Of a DNA stretch of 39,294 nucleotides, positions 12,475 through 25,187 are shown piece by piece. The translations under genes were made by a program, and so were the position numbers. The first letter of the stretch is position 1. Each line of letters starts with the position of its first letter. The notes below the pieces were generated by a model. The model ran no database searches. It had not been told where the DNA came from and saw nothing but the letters and a program-made list of their open reading frames with translations. Source of the DNA: Octopus bimaculoides (lineage: Eukaryota); NCBI RefSeq assembly GCF_001194135.2, contig NC_068991.1, positions 31,336,003 to 31,375,296 on the forward strand, read 5' to 3'.

Positions 12475-13240
12475 TAAAAACAAATAATAAATGAGTATAT
12501 GCAGATATACGTACAGGTATGTGCATACCTACGTCTACCTGTATATATAGGTGCATATTTGGGTACAGGACATTGCAAACAAAACGTAGACAAGAAAACA
12601 ATAATAACCAGAATACAGAAAACACACAAGTCACATATATATATACATACATATACGGATTATTAGTAATATATTTAACAGAAAAGGTGTCTCTCTTTAT
12701 GTCCTGTTACGCATGCCGAGTGATACACATTAACCGGTTATAGCGTTTTCCAGACCGGAGTACATGTTTATGCACATGCGCGAAGACAAAAATTATCGTC
12801 AACGCTATTTGAAATTTTCGCGGAACAATCTTACAATGTATTCATGCAATTTGATTTGCTTTTGTGATATAAAACATCTAAAAATATTTATTGCATAGTG
12901 TTTACTGTCTGTTTCTTTAATACTAATATTTTGTTTTGGTAAATATGAAGAAACTTTCCCAACGACAAATTAAAACGAAAAACAGTTTCCTAGGGTAAAA
13001 TGAACGTGTGGATTACGAAAAAGGCAATAAAAATTAGGGCAAGCTAACCGTTTCAGAGATATTCGTATTTTTATGATGGTTACGACGAAGGTAAAACGTG
13101 TGCACTCTAACCCAAAAACCGAGCCTAAGATTGCACGCGCTTTGCCTTCGCCCAAAGCTCTACGGTAAAATAAACGTGTACATTACAAAAAAAGTTGCAA
13201 AAATAGAGCAAGCTTACCGTTTCAAATATATCCACATGTT
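12475..13240 (+). mobile_element. Longest copy of repeat 'Y' with possible Helitron/Helentron-like non-autonomous extension
   Basis: Matches the other Y copies for ~140 bp; downstream two related motifs aaaaattagggcaagctaaccgtttcagagatat and aaaaatagagcaagcttaccgtttcaaatatat recall DINE-1/HINE core motifs (recalled, unverified). Confidence 0.35.
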
Positions 13241-13498
13241 TTAAGAGGGTCCCAGATACAGTTTGCTGCTCTCCGTAAGAAAGCGATGGTTCGGAATAGA
13301 CTTAATGAACAGATACCTCGCCACACACTGCTTGAGGTACTTACCGACCGCCAGTATGTAAACTTCATTGGGGGTTAACATAGACACACATAGAGGGATA
13401 CGCATGCGCAAATATAGACACATACAATAGGAATACAAAATACAAAATGGCTGATCGTTAGCAAGGAGGGACACACATATAAGAAAGAAGAAAGCAAA

Positions 13499-13543
13499 GG
13501 ACCACTGATGAGGTCACAGAAGTGTGACGAAAGAACTCTGGCC
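13499..13543 (+). ncRNA. Type I hammerhead ribozyme-like motif (minimal stem III)
   Basis: GG(A)CCA-CTGATGA-G-GTCACA-gaag-TGTGAC-GAAA-GAAC-TC-TGGCC: both core boxes, perfect 6-bp stem II, stem I closed by TGGCC, predicted CUC cleavage after 13538. Confidence 0.55.
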
Positions 13544-14208
13544 GAAATATGATTAATGTAATATAATATAAAGCTGAAGCAAATTAACACCAAATATATA
13601 GTGCGTGTGTTTTTATTGGTTATATATATNNNNNNNNNNNNNNNNNNNNNNNNNNNNNNNNNNNNNNNNNNNNNNNNNNNNNNNNNNNNNNNNNNNNNNN
13701 NNNNNNNNNNNNNNNNNNNNNNNNNNNNNNNNNNNNNNNNNNNNNNNNNNNNNNNNNNNNNNNNNNNNNNNNNNNNNNNNNNNNNNNNNNNNNNNNNNNN
13801 NNNNNNNNNNNNNNNNNNNNNNNNNNNNNNNNNNNNNNNNNNNNNNNNNNNNNNNNNNNNNNNNNNNNNNNNNNNNNNNNNNNNNNNNNNNNNNNNNNNN
13901 NNNNNNNNNNNNNNNNNNNNNNNNNNNNNNNNNNNNNNNNNNNNNNNNNNNNNNNNNNNNNNNNNNNNNNNNNNNNNNNNNNNNNNNNNNNNNNNNNNNN
14001 NNNNNNNNNNNNNNNNNNNNNNNNNNNNNNNNNNNNNNNNNNNNNNNNNNNNNNNNNNNNNNNNNNNNNNNNNNNNNNNNNNNNNNNNNNNNNNNNNNNN
14101 NNNNNNNNNNATCTGACATGTATTTCATCCACGAAACCGTTGGTTGCTATTTTTCACAAGGGCTTTTGTGGTTTCTTTACATTGTATGTGTATATAATAT
14201 ATCTATAG

Positions 14209-14368
14209 CAATTGCAGCTTCGAAGATATTTGTTAGCCATTCAAGGAAAACAGAAAAACCGTTAGATTCACTTCAACATTTACTTTTCAAAGACAATTGC
14301 AGCGTGGAAGATGTTTGTAAGCCATTTAAGAACACAAAAAAAAAACGTCAGATTCACTTCAACATTTA
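14209..14368 (+). repeat. ~85-bp tandem duplication (2 diverged copies)
   Basis: caattgcagc..gaagat.tttgt.agccatt.aag...gt.agattcacttcaacattta at 14209 and 14294. Confidence 0.8.
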
Positions 14369-14412
14369 AATTTAATTTGTGTCAAAATATTTTCGTTGCT
14401 CTGGAACCGCAG

Positions 14413-14467
14413 CCTGCTCACTGACAAAACTTCGCGCTGCATGTACGAAGTTTTGTCAGCGAACAGG
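14413..14467. other. Stem-loop with perfect 14-bp stem extendable to ~22 bp
   Basis: ctgacaaaacttcg (14421-14434) and cgaagttttgtcag (14446-14459) with an 11-nt loop; outer cctgctca/cgaacagg pair with 2 mismatches. Confidence 0.85.
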
Positions 14468-14589
14468 CCACTAACAATCATCTTCCATGCTGCAATTGTT
14501 TTTTGTTTCAGCACACGATCTCAGATCAAGTCACTTGCTATGGAAGAACATCTCCGTAATTTAATTTTCATTTGTATCAGAATTTTCGT

Positions 14590-15312
14590 TGCTCGACCGG
14601 TATCACAGACAAACTTTATCCAAAACAGACACCAGCTGACAGACCAGATTTAACTGACAGAGTATTTAATATGATCTCTTTTGGAGAAGAATGTTTTGGG
14701 AGAGGTAGCAGGGTACATGTGAACTATAGAGTTTCAAAAGCGTGGACTACCTCGTTGTCATATGTTGTTCATATTAAAAAAAGATCCAGAACATTATGAT
14801 AAATTTGTTTATGCAGAACTTCCAAATCCACAAACACAACCAATTCTGTTTCAACATGTCACCAAAAGCATGATACATTGTACATGTGGAAAAGATAAAC
14901 CCAATGCAACATAGTATGGTTGATGGGAAATGTAAAAAACATTTCCCTAAAGACTTTCAAATACATTACACAGTTATAATGGCTATACACTTTACCGACG
15001 TCGAAATTATGGTTTTACATTTACAAAGTCTAATGTTGAATTAGATAATCGTTCAGTAGTACGATATTCCTCCTTTTTAGCCAAATATGGTATGTGCTAT
15101 TAAAAAATCAGTTAAATATATTAGCAAATATATTCATAAACGTCATGATCGGGTGACAGTCAATATTGGTGGACAAACCAATGCACGACAAACACACAAT
15201 GATGACATTGAAAATTATATCAATGGCCACTATGCATCCTCATCAGAGGCAGTCTGTAGGATTATAGGGTTTAGATTACATGGTCCGTATCTTGCAGTCC
15301 AAAAGCTCAACA
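14590..15312 (+). mobile_element. Helitron Rep (HUH endonuclease) pseudogene fragment
   Basis: QTPADRPDLTDRVFNM, TIEFQKRGLPRCHML (HUH motif, first H>R), AELPNP, MIHCTCG, GYTLYRRR, DNRSVV, SVKYISKYIHK (YxxKY motif), DDIENY...SSEAVCRI.GF.LH; frameshifts and stops. Confidence 0.9.
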
Positions 15313-15700
15313 GAAATACATTTACTTTAATGACGATAATGATATTGAATATGTTGTCTACACACATGACAGGTCCACTCTCACTGAAGATGGTGGTGGT
15401 GGTGGTGGTGGTGGTGGTAGTGGTGGTGGTGATTAAATGATTATTCCGGAGCATATTCACCATCTACTTCAATTACTGCTTCGCATTTATTTGGCTGACG
15501 GTCAGGCCGTCATTTAAAGATGTTTTTGTTAAATATTGTTATTGTTTTTGTTGAATAAAATTTGTCGACAAAAGCCGCAATAATTATGCACCAACACACN
15601 NNNNNNNNNNNNNNNNNNNNNNNNNNNNNNNNNNNNNNNNNNNNNNNNNNNNNNNNNNNNNNNNNNNNNNNNNNNNNNNNNNNNNNNNNNNNNNNNNNNN

Positions 15701-15749
<49 letters not shown>

Positions 15750-15756
15750 TGTATAC

Positions 15757-15912
15757 ACAGATTGTTTCAGTTTCCATCTACCAAATCCACTCACAGGGCA
15801 TTAGTTCGGACAGAGGATAACGTAGAAGACACTTGCCCCAGGTGGCACACAACGGGACTGAATCTAGAACCATGTATTTAGGAAGCAAACTTCTTGCCAC
15901 ACAGCCTTCGCC
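15757..15912 (-). mobile_element. tRNA-derived SINE, family B, 5' half
   Basis: Reverse complement ggcgaaggctgtgtggcaagaagtttgcttcc...ggttctagattcagtccc...gtgagtggatttggtagatggaaactgaaa. Confidence 0.7.
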
Positions 15913-16019
15913 TATAACGGTGATTATATATCACATCTAAAAAGCCATGCATCACATCTGCCACTTGTACAACAAATTCAGCTTGCCAAATACTTTTCTT
16001 GTATCTACCTAACAGCTTT

Positions 16020-16296
16020 TACATGTTAACGTGTAGTTTGCATGAGTGCGTGTGTGTGTATGTGTGTGCGCGCGCGTGTGTGTGTGTGTATGTGTGTGTG
16101 CATGCGCGCGCGAACGCCCGCGTGTAGATAGATAGAGGTTGGGAGTGAGTAAGGTAGAGAGTAGAAAGAGAAACATACATGTATGCAAAATTCCATTTAT
16201 ACACACAAACGCTCTCACGTGTGTGCGCGTGTGTATGTGTGTGTGTGTAGAGTAATACATGCATATATATATATATATGTGTATTCTGTCTATCTC

Positions 16297-16339
<43 letters not shown>

Positions 16340-16408
16340 GTGTGTGTATTTATATATACCAGCATGAACTAATTTTTATATGTTCATACATACATACATA
16401 GATATATA

Positions 16409-16484
<76 letters not shown>

Positions 16485-16488
16485 CATG

Positions 16489-16568
<80 letters not shown>

Positions 16569-16571
16569 CAT

Positions 16572-16622
<51 letters not shown>

Positions 16623-16859
16623 AATTGGGAACATACAAGAGAGCAAGGAGATTGAGTAAGTATAATTGAGTGTGTATGTGAGAGAGAGAGAGAGAGAGAG
16701 AGTATGTATGTGAGATAGAGTGTGTCTTGGTGAGAGGGGGTACTTGAGTGTGAAAGAAAACGTGTGTGAGAAAGAGAAATTATGTTTGTAAGTGAATGGG
16801 ATGGAGAGAGAAAATAGAAAGAGACATCGGGGTTGTACGTGTGAGGAAGAGGGAAATTC

Positions 16860-16901
<42 letters not shown>

Positions 16902-17975
16902 CGTGCTTGTGTGTGTTTGTGTGTGTGTATGTGTGTGTGTGCTTGTGAGTGCGTATGTGTTTGCGTGTGTGCTTGTGTGTCTGTGTGCATGTGAGTATGT
17001 GTGTGTTTGTGAGTGTGTTCGTGTGGGTGCTTTTGTGTGTGTGTGCTACAGACAATGCGTGAGACAAAGCTGGAGAATACTTGTGGTGGGGAGAGGAGAG
17101 GGGACGTAAAAGTCAAAACTGAGTAAAGAAGAGTTCGAGCCAGTTCCATTGGTGTATCATTCATTCATTGGTGCTTAATATTGGCAATGATATTAAACAT
17201 TCCAGAAAAATCCAATAAGCTGATTCTCCTTTGACCAGACGGTGAGCCGAGGAAGCCCGGATGTCGCCATTCAGGTGCTCGTTCTTACAGGAAGTGCAAT
17301 CGACTGATATCGGATAAGGCACGAGGCAGATTGTATAGAATTTGGTTGGTGATAAATAGAGGTGCTTTTCTAGTCACTTGAAGCTGTCTCGTTTTGATGA
17401 ACAGACTGTAATGAAACTGCTTCGCCAACCATTGTGTGAGATGAACAGTTTACGCATAATACTGAGAGCAGAACTACTCCAGTTTACGCAGGCAATGACA
17501 CACATATACACATACATACTTACACTCACAGATAAACATATACTCCTGCATACACACACACGTATATATTTATTTATTTACGTGAATATAGCCACGCTTC
17601 TTTTATGAAGTTGTATATCTATGTATATTTGTTATATGTATATTCATTATGCGTAACACTCGTTACATACGTACGCACACACATGTATATATGTGCGCAC
17701 GCGCTTGTGTGGGTGTGTGGAATTATGCATGTGGATACAGACGTTTACTCGCAGTTTACAGAACACACACATATAGTCATGTACCTCCACATTTCACACA
17801 CACACACATATATATATGCACATGAGTGTGTGTATACACATACATGTATACATACACACGCACACACACACATACACACACACACATATATATACATATC
17901 CACACACACGCACGCACACACACGCACGCACACACACGCACGCACACACACGCACGCGCACACACACAGATACAC
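16020..17975. repeat. Extended TG/TA/CA/GATA/GA microsatellite fields (16020-17045, 17480-17975)
   Basis: Directly visible; source of many spurious YI/HT/CV ORFs. Confidence 0.95.
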
Positions 17976-18194
17976 ACTCGAAAGCAAAAATGTTGAAGAC
18001 ACGATACAGATTTATATTTATCTGGAAGCATTTCATGATTCATTCGGAATTCCGCATCGCATGCGCTCGTTCTGAGAACTCTGAATAAACAGAGAGGAAG
18101 AGATTTGTTGGCGAGATACCGATTAAGTTTCTCATTGGTCATGACTGATCACGTGTTGCATACCTATAGATAATATTGCTGCTGTTAGAGATCA

Positions 18195-20110
18195 TCCAAT
18201 ATCGACAAAACTGGATTATCTCTAACCGGTGAACTTTCTAGTTATACGCCATACTTGTTCGTTACCTTTCTTGACAGCAGTCTTTGGCAACTGGACATAT
18301 TCAATGTCATGGGAACCGAGCAATGGCGATGCTGCTAGAAGACCAACAAAAAGGGGAGATATCACAGACAACTTCAGGTCTATAATTCTTATCAGTATAG
18401 AGTAAAAGATATAGCAAAAGTGTTCGCAGAGAATTTGGCGCCTGTCGTCGAAGTTTAACATAAACTGTGTGGCCTTAGCTAGGTTCATCCACGACAACCT
18501 CTACTTTACACATAATAGATCGGAGAGCAGGTCAAAATTATATCTAAGTTCAATGCAATTCAGATCAGATCAGATTAACCATCGTCGCTACCAGGTGATG
18601 GTCCTTAGTTTAGTTGATTTTATGTCCCTAACATTTATAGCACCAATTGTTATGTTTAAATTAAACGGCCACAGTTTCGCATCACACGCTCAGTATGCCA
18701 AGAATGCTCTCCCTTGTGTTTTTTTCTCTTTAGATTTCGAGGCTGGAACGTTTGCTGTGTAGGTTAGAGATGTCAAGAGACAACCCGCTCAAACTAGGAC
18801 ATAAGTATACTGTGTCTGAACGCACGAACATCGTCACTGTCATTGTGTAGATCACATTGGAAATCGAGGTGGTTGATACCATAGTGAGTGAGTACCAGCG
18901 TAAGGGGAGTAGGAAATAAAAGAGACAAGTTAGTGGAATTGTAACTTGGCACCTGAAAAATAAATCCATGAAGGACGGTGGCTTCTGCCACCGGACCGAA
19001 GAGATTGGAGTCTGATTCAGACATCCAAGAGAAAAGAGGTCACGAACGGGGTAGCCAGTGTCACTCAAAAATGAACTGAAAGGCGGCGAGCTGGCAGAAA
19101 CGTTAGCACGCCGAGCGAAATGCTTAGTGGTATTTCGTCTGCTGCTACGTTCTGAGTTCGAATTCTGCCGAGGTCGACTTTGCTTTTCATCCTTTCGAGA
19201 TTGATTAAATAAGTACCAGTTACGCACTGGGGTCGATATGAACGACTTAATCCGTTTGTCTGTCCTTGTTTGTTCCCTCTCTGTGTAGCCCCTTGTGGAC
19301 AGTAAAGAAATAAGAAAGTTCTTCCGGGATAGAAGGGCGAAAATAGCTAATAGCTTCTAAAACGCATGCTCGTTGACTTGTGAAAGGGATGAGCTCCTCT
19401 CGCCCATCTACTGCCAACGCTCTAGGAAGCCTTAAGAAGTCGTGGCCAATCATGCACAAACAAGCACCGAGGCTGATACATCTACAGCTATTCTTGAACA
19501 ACGACGACTGTGAACCAGTGTGATCGCCTCTCGTTCAATACACTTTATCACGATGGTGTTCCTTCTAGGTTAAAAGCAGACTAAGGTTTCGCCATCGACT
19601 TCTGGATGACCAGTGAATAGTGTAAAAACCAATTCTGACATTCTGAAAGAGATTAATGGAGGATATGAGCGATGATGGCTTGGGAGCAATTATGGGTGCT
19701 CATGGGAAGAATGTGAGTAGTTTCTTGTGGAGGACTTTCCTTGATCTTGTGTTAATCTTGTAGTGAAATAGTTGGGGTGGGGTTGAAGATGCTAGCGACC
19801 GGAGCCTGTGAACAGGGAACACAATACTCGCTCAGTATCTGCACATTGATGATTGGTAGGTTTCTATCGAGCAGCGATTATCACGTGACGGTTATCCACT
19901 CATTCTGTCGTAAAGATAGTAGCTTTTGTGACAAAGTAAGTTGTGTGATGGTTGAAAGTCTGAGAACAAGGCTTCTTTCCAAACAAGCCTTCACCAATAC
20001 CTCCCTCTCTACTTTCACTTTCAAGTACGATTTGAGGATAGTTAGAGTGGGGGAAGTATAGTAAATTTTATGGAAGGCGGATAAGAGTGGTTATGCTGTA
20101 TAGATAACTG
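18195..20110 (+). mobile_element. L1/Tx1-like LINE ORF2 fragment, highly decayed, interrupted by a SINE
   Basis: GDITDNFRSIILISIE.KI (NFRPITLLN..KI), RFIHDNL, QGCPLSP-like caagaatgctctccc, YADD-like region ~18820, LGVWF-like ~19010; later segments resemble the ORF2 C-terminus. Confidence 0.55.
19081..19314 (+). mobile_element. tRNA-derived SINE, family A (aaagaaataa-tail subtype), near full length
   Basis: ggcggcgagctggcagaaacgttagcacgcc head, B-box-like gagttcgaattc, core ttgattaaataagtaccagttacgcactggggtcgat. Confidence 0.9.
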
Positions 20111-20202
20111 TGTGGCTATAAACTAATTGTGTGGCTATAAACTGGCGAAAAGACTAAACTTTTCATGTTCCTATTTCGTTCTTTACCATTAGTTCTATTC
20201 AT

Positions 20203-20384
20203 CGCGTCGAACGAAATGCTTAACAGCATTTCTTACGGCACTTTACATTCTGAGTTCAAATTCTGCCGCGGTCAACTTTGTCATTCATCCTTTCGGATCG
20301 ATAAAAATAAAGTACTTGTCAAGTACTAGAGTCCATGTAATCAACTCTCCCATCCCCTAAAATTACTGGTCTTGTACCAAAATT
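20203..20384 (+). mobile_element. SINE family A (ATT-tail subtype), 5'-degenerate
   Basis: cgaaatgctta...ttctgagttcaaattctgccg.ggtcaactttg...cctttcgg..cgataa; ends in (ATT)n. Confidence 0.75.
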
Positions 20385-20397
20385 ATTATTATTATTG

Positions 20398-20472
<75 letters not shown>

Positions 20473-20473
20473 T

Positions 20474-22052
20474 TATGTTTGACTTTTGCTTTGCATTTGT
20501 ATAAGTTGGCTCCAAGTCTCACCCAGAGACCTCAAGAGACAAGTTAAAAGTTCATGTTGGTGTTATGCCTAGGGAACCATATATTTGGTCTTGTACATAG
20601 TGTTGTTCTAGAGAATATTTAAGAAACCATAAGAAAATTATGTGTTTGTGTTAAAATTTGAGATTACATAGACAGTATTTTACGTAGGTTATGGACAGTT
20701 CCCATGAGCACTATCTCTTGAATTTCTGCCATTTTGGGGTTTCCTGGTATATGTGCTACGTAGCAATCATCCCCATTTGCTATCATTCCTAGGGAACCTA
20801 TGACAACAGGTATTATTTTAGTTTTCAGGTTCCACATTTTGCTAATTTCTATTTCAAGATCTTTATACTTGCTCAGTTTTTGGTAGGTCTTGACAGACAC
20901 GTTTATATCGATTGGGACAGTCATATCAATGAGGAGGTATGATTTTTGTCTGAAGTCTGGCCTATTTGCATCAATCTTTCTGTCAGTTTGAATGGTGAAG
21001 TTCCAGAGGAGTGAGATGTGATCATTTTCAAGTACTGGAGGTGGTTTGTGTTCCCACCAGTTTTTATCATGTGGCAAGTCCAGGTTTTTGCAAATTACCC
21101 AGTGAATATATTGTGCAGCTCTGTCATACCTGTTGAGATACTCTGCAGGCGCAAAAAAACTGCACATGGAGACAACATGATCAATGGTCTCATTTTCTTG
21201 TTGACATACACGACATATTGGCGAGCTGCCGTTCTTTAATATGTTGGCCTGGTAGTTCCTTATAGGTAGGCATTGATCTTGGGCTGCTATGATAAACCCT
21301 TCTGTCTCTGATTTTCAGCCAGAAGCCATTAACCATTTATGGGTAAGGGCTTTGTCAACATCGGCATTATTTGATCTCTTTGGGTATTTGCCATTGAGAG
21401 GTCTTTGTTCCCATTTATCAATCAGAATATCAAAGGCAGCAGATTTAGCATGGGTTTTCATACGCTTAGCTTTTTCTGCGCTTCTTTCTGGTACGTCTAA
21501 TTCTGGAATTTGTTGCATTTGGAATTCACTTAGATATTCTTTTGCCTGTTTTGTTACTGAGTATGATGCTTTCTTGTTTTCATGTTTTGAAACAAGTTTT
21601 AAAATCCAGTCCTCAGAGTTCTTCAGGTAGGTGTATAGGCCAATTGTGGCAATCTTCATTGTTAATGCCAGTTGTAAAAGTCCACAGCCTCCCTCTCTTC
21701 TTGGCAGATAAAGTCGTTCTATAGGGTGGTGCATTCTATGCATTGTCAACAGTTTTCGTATTTTTCTGTAAAGATTACATATTTCAGTAATTGAACAGTT
21801 AATGATATTGAAACTGTAAGTCACAATTGGTATAGCTAAAGCATTGATTGCTTCGATCCTGCTTCTTGCATTCAGTTCTGTCTTCAGTATTGCTCTCACC
21901 CTGCGATAACATTCTCTTCTGATCCTTTCTCTCATCACCACATGTTTGATTCCATCCCCTTCAATTACCCCTAGATAAATGTAGCTCTCCGCTGGTTTTA
22001 ACTCTTTTATGACATTCTGCTGGTCAAGCTTAACGTTAGATATTTCTGTCAA
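20474..22052 (-). mobile_element. R4/Dong-clade RLE retrotransposon, family A, 5'-truncated
   Basis: RT thumb YIYLGVIEG...ERLYLPRREGGCGL; CCHC CRVCQQENETIDHVVSMC; RLE QTDRKIDANRPD...IDMTVP...KYKDLEIEI...IPVVIGSLG; 3'UTR then (AAT)n. Confidence 0.9.
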
Positions 22053-22090
<38 letters not shown>

Positions 22091-22091
<1 letters not shown>

Positions 22092-22743
22092 ATAAAATAT
22101 GGTCCTGTTGAACCGGGGTCATCCTTTGACCCTAGGGTCACAGCAGGTCCTCATCTCATGGAGAGTACACGGCGTAAAATGTGTGCGGAACCTAGCAACA
22201 CTATTTTCTGAAGTTCTTCCACGTTAACACTGCAAGGGAGTTTATTGAGCTGCTTATCAAGGTCCTTTTTAAAAAGCCCTAACGCTCCAATCACCACAGG
22301 TGCTGTGCTGCTTTTCATTCCCCACATCTTGGTCACTTCTATTTCTAGGTCTTTGTACTTAAATAACTTCTCAACTTCTTTAACGGACACATTTTTCTCT
22401 GATGGCACTGTCACATCTATCAGTAAGCATTTCTTATTCTTCCCGTTTTTGATGATTATGTCCGGCCTGTTTGCCTTGATTTCTTTATCGGTATTGATTG
22501 GCATGTACCAGAGTACTATTACATCATCTTGTCCGGTAACAGTTTAAGGTTTATGTTGGTACCATCTTTCTGAGGTTGAAATCTGGTAGTGTTTACATAT
22601 CTTCCAATGGATATATTGCGCTACTCTATCGTGTATATGAATATATTCGGTTTTTTACAAGCGCTGTGCATCCAGTTAAGATGTGGTCCACTGTTTCATC
22701 TTGCTCATGACACATTCTGCATTTCGGGTCAGTGCCATCGTTC
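22091..22743 (-). mobile_element. R4/Dong-clade element, family B, 3' fragment
   Basis: KCRMCHEQDETVDHILTGC; ANRPDIII...IDVTVP...KYKDLEIEV...PVVIGALG...LLGSAHILRRVL; short distinct 3'UTR. Confidence 0.9.
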
Positions 22744-22748
22744 ATTAT

Positions 22749-22835
<87 letters not shown>

Positions 22836-23452
22836 GAGCGAGTGAGAAACCAGTGCATGCCATCAAAATGACACTGAGGTAAAATATACAAAACCCAGTA
22901 TACCCATCATGACTACCTGTCTGATAAGGGTACACCAGGCACATGCATCACAACCATATGTGCGCGGCATGGTGATCTCATATGAAGATAAACAGCNNNN
23001 NNNNNNGCGGCATGGTGATCTCATATGAAGATAAACAGCGCATGACCTCGCAGGTGGAGCCCAGTTAGAATTTTCTTCGGGTCGAGTAGCCCATCCCGCT
23101 CAAAAGGTCCCGGAATAAGATTTGTTTAAGGATGTTGAGCAAAACATATGTTCAACATAACACCCATGTTTCCAGACGTGAATTATTCAAACCCCAAAGA
23201 ATTCCTCTCAACACATGGCTATGATGTTCCCCAACTACTTCTGCACATGATCAGAGATGCACATATCGTCAGCCACCAAGGGACATGCTCAACTGGTTAA
23301 GGTCAAACAACTGATATGGAAATCTGTGGTACTGAGCAGAATATGCGCGGTAGGCCATCTTTTATACCAAGACAAAGCAATGTATATGATAACACTTCCA
23401 GTCAGTTGAAAACAGAAGCCACGAGAGCCACTGTCTGGTACTGCATCAGGGC
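22836..23452. mobile_element. Non-coding ~600-bp TTA-flanked element 'X', copy 1
   Basis: Homologous along its length to 25188-25657, with shared termini gag.gag..a.cagtgc and ...ggtactgcatcagggc; no ORF; contains a 10-N gap with an artefactual 33-bp duplication. Confidence 0.75.
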
Positions 23453-23463
23453 ATTATTATTAT

Positions 23464-23774
23464 GTTGTTTTTTTCTTCTTTCTTCAAATTTTCTTCCATT
23501 TCTCGCCGAGTGTTTTCCGTACACCTAGGGCAGAGAAACTCGTTGTATGCATTCCCAGTTTACACATGCAAATTCACAGGTAAAACATGTATTTAAGAAA
23601 AAAAAAATTAATGAATGAATGTTGTTTTCACAGCGATAACGCTCTTCTCAGTACATGAGTCGTTCCAGTTAGCACGATTTTTTGCACTTCCTGTAGGGAT
23701 GGTAAGCCTGGTATCATTTTCAAATAGGTTTCAGTACCTTTTTTTATCATTCCTAGAGATCCTACAATCACTGA
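23464..23774 (-). mobile_element. R4/Dong-clade family C, short 3' fragment
   Basis: SVIVGSLGMIKKGTETYLKMIPGLPSLQEVQKIVLTG plus 3'UTR matching 26831-27155. Confidence 0.85.
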
Positions 23775-23841
<67 letters not shown>

Positions 23842-23849
23842 CAGCAGCA

Positions 23850-24770
23850 TTGTTTTTCAAGCACAACACTGTCCTACCCATTGTCAACCAATCTGGTGTT
23901 ACTTGGTTGGCATTTAACAAGGTATTCGTGCATGGCATTCACCAAATCTTTTGATCCAGTAGCCTTGAACTTCATCTGGTCTCGGGGCCTTCCAAGTTGC
24001 CCATTGTTTTAATGGTTTCCTTCACTTTCCTAACTGAAATTACTAATTCCGCTTGTTGTGGACAGACTACTGTTTGTTTTAGTTCTTGCAACTATTCAGC
24101 ATCCTTCTTATGCTCCTTGTCTTTGATCCAGATGTCACTCCAAGATCTTTGACTTTCACTGATATCTGGTATCAACTTTTCATCTGCACACTCTCCATTT
24201 ATTTATTTGTAGAATTTCTTCTGATCTACTGTGAATAGCTTATTCTGCTACTATCCCTTCATTCTTTGGTCGTATCTTACCACTTTTGCTTTCTTTGCAA
24301 CGAGGCGCTGTTTCAGTTCCGCCATTACCACTTTCAAGCCCTTTCTTTCAATATTATACTTCCTGTTCAGTGCCCTGTATTTTTGTTCGCATTTAAGCTT
24401 CCCCTTTTCTTTTCGCTCTAACACAGAAATGTCTTTCGAGAGCCTGTCTAATCCCGCCTGTATTCTTCTTTTCCATCATGGAACTTTTCTTTTGTCACTC
24501 CCATTCTATTTCTTTTTCTTGACATATACACCCACATTTTCTGCTACAACAATACTTGCCTTGATCAAATTGTTTGTTTCTGTGATGTTTTTGTTCTGAT
24601 GTATTTCAGAATTTCATTCATATTTTTCGCTTCTTGGTTCAATTTCCAACGATCAACCTTTTTAAGGTTGCAAATAATGTCGCTATTGTTCTCCTGTAGC
24701 CTTCCCTTCATTCTGTCGTAGATTGCCTTTTGCCAATCTGTCATGTCACAATTAGTTATATTATCCTCTG
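23850..24770 (-). mobile_element. R4/Dong-clade family D, internal pre-RT fragment lacking both ends
   Basis: PWWKRRIQAGLDRLSKDI, ELKQRLVAKKAKVVRY, QNKLFTVDQKKFY, WKAPRPDEVQGYWIKRF, PDWLTMGRTVLCLK. Confidence 0.8.
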
Positions 24771-24786
24771 GTGTTGTTGCTGCTGC

Positions 24787-25120
<334 letters not shown>

Positions 25121-25135
25121 TATTATTATTATTAC

Positions 25136-25187
<52 letters not shown>

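Noticed and set aside
15380-15435. cactgaagatgg as a second hammerhead
   Set aside because: No stem II or GAAA box follows; it runs into a (GGT)n microsatellite.
17100-17520. Unique CpG-containing segment with AG/GT pairs as possible exons
   Set aside because: No recognisable coding signal or consistent reading frame.
22965-23039. 33-bp direct repeat within element X
   Set aside because: Flanks a 10-N gap; assembly artefact.
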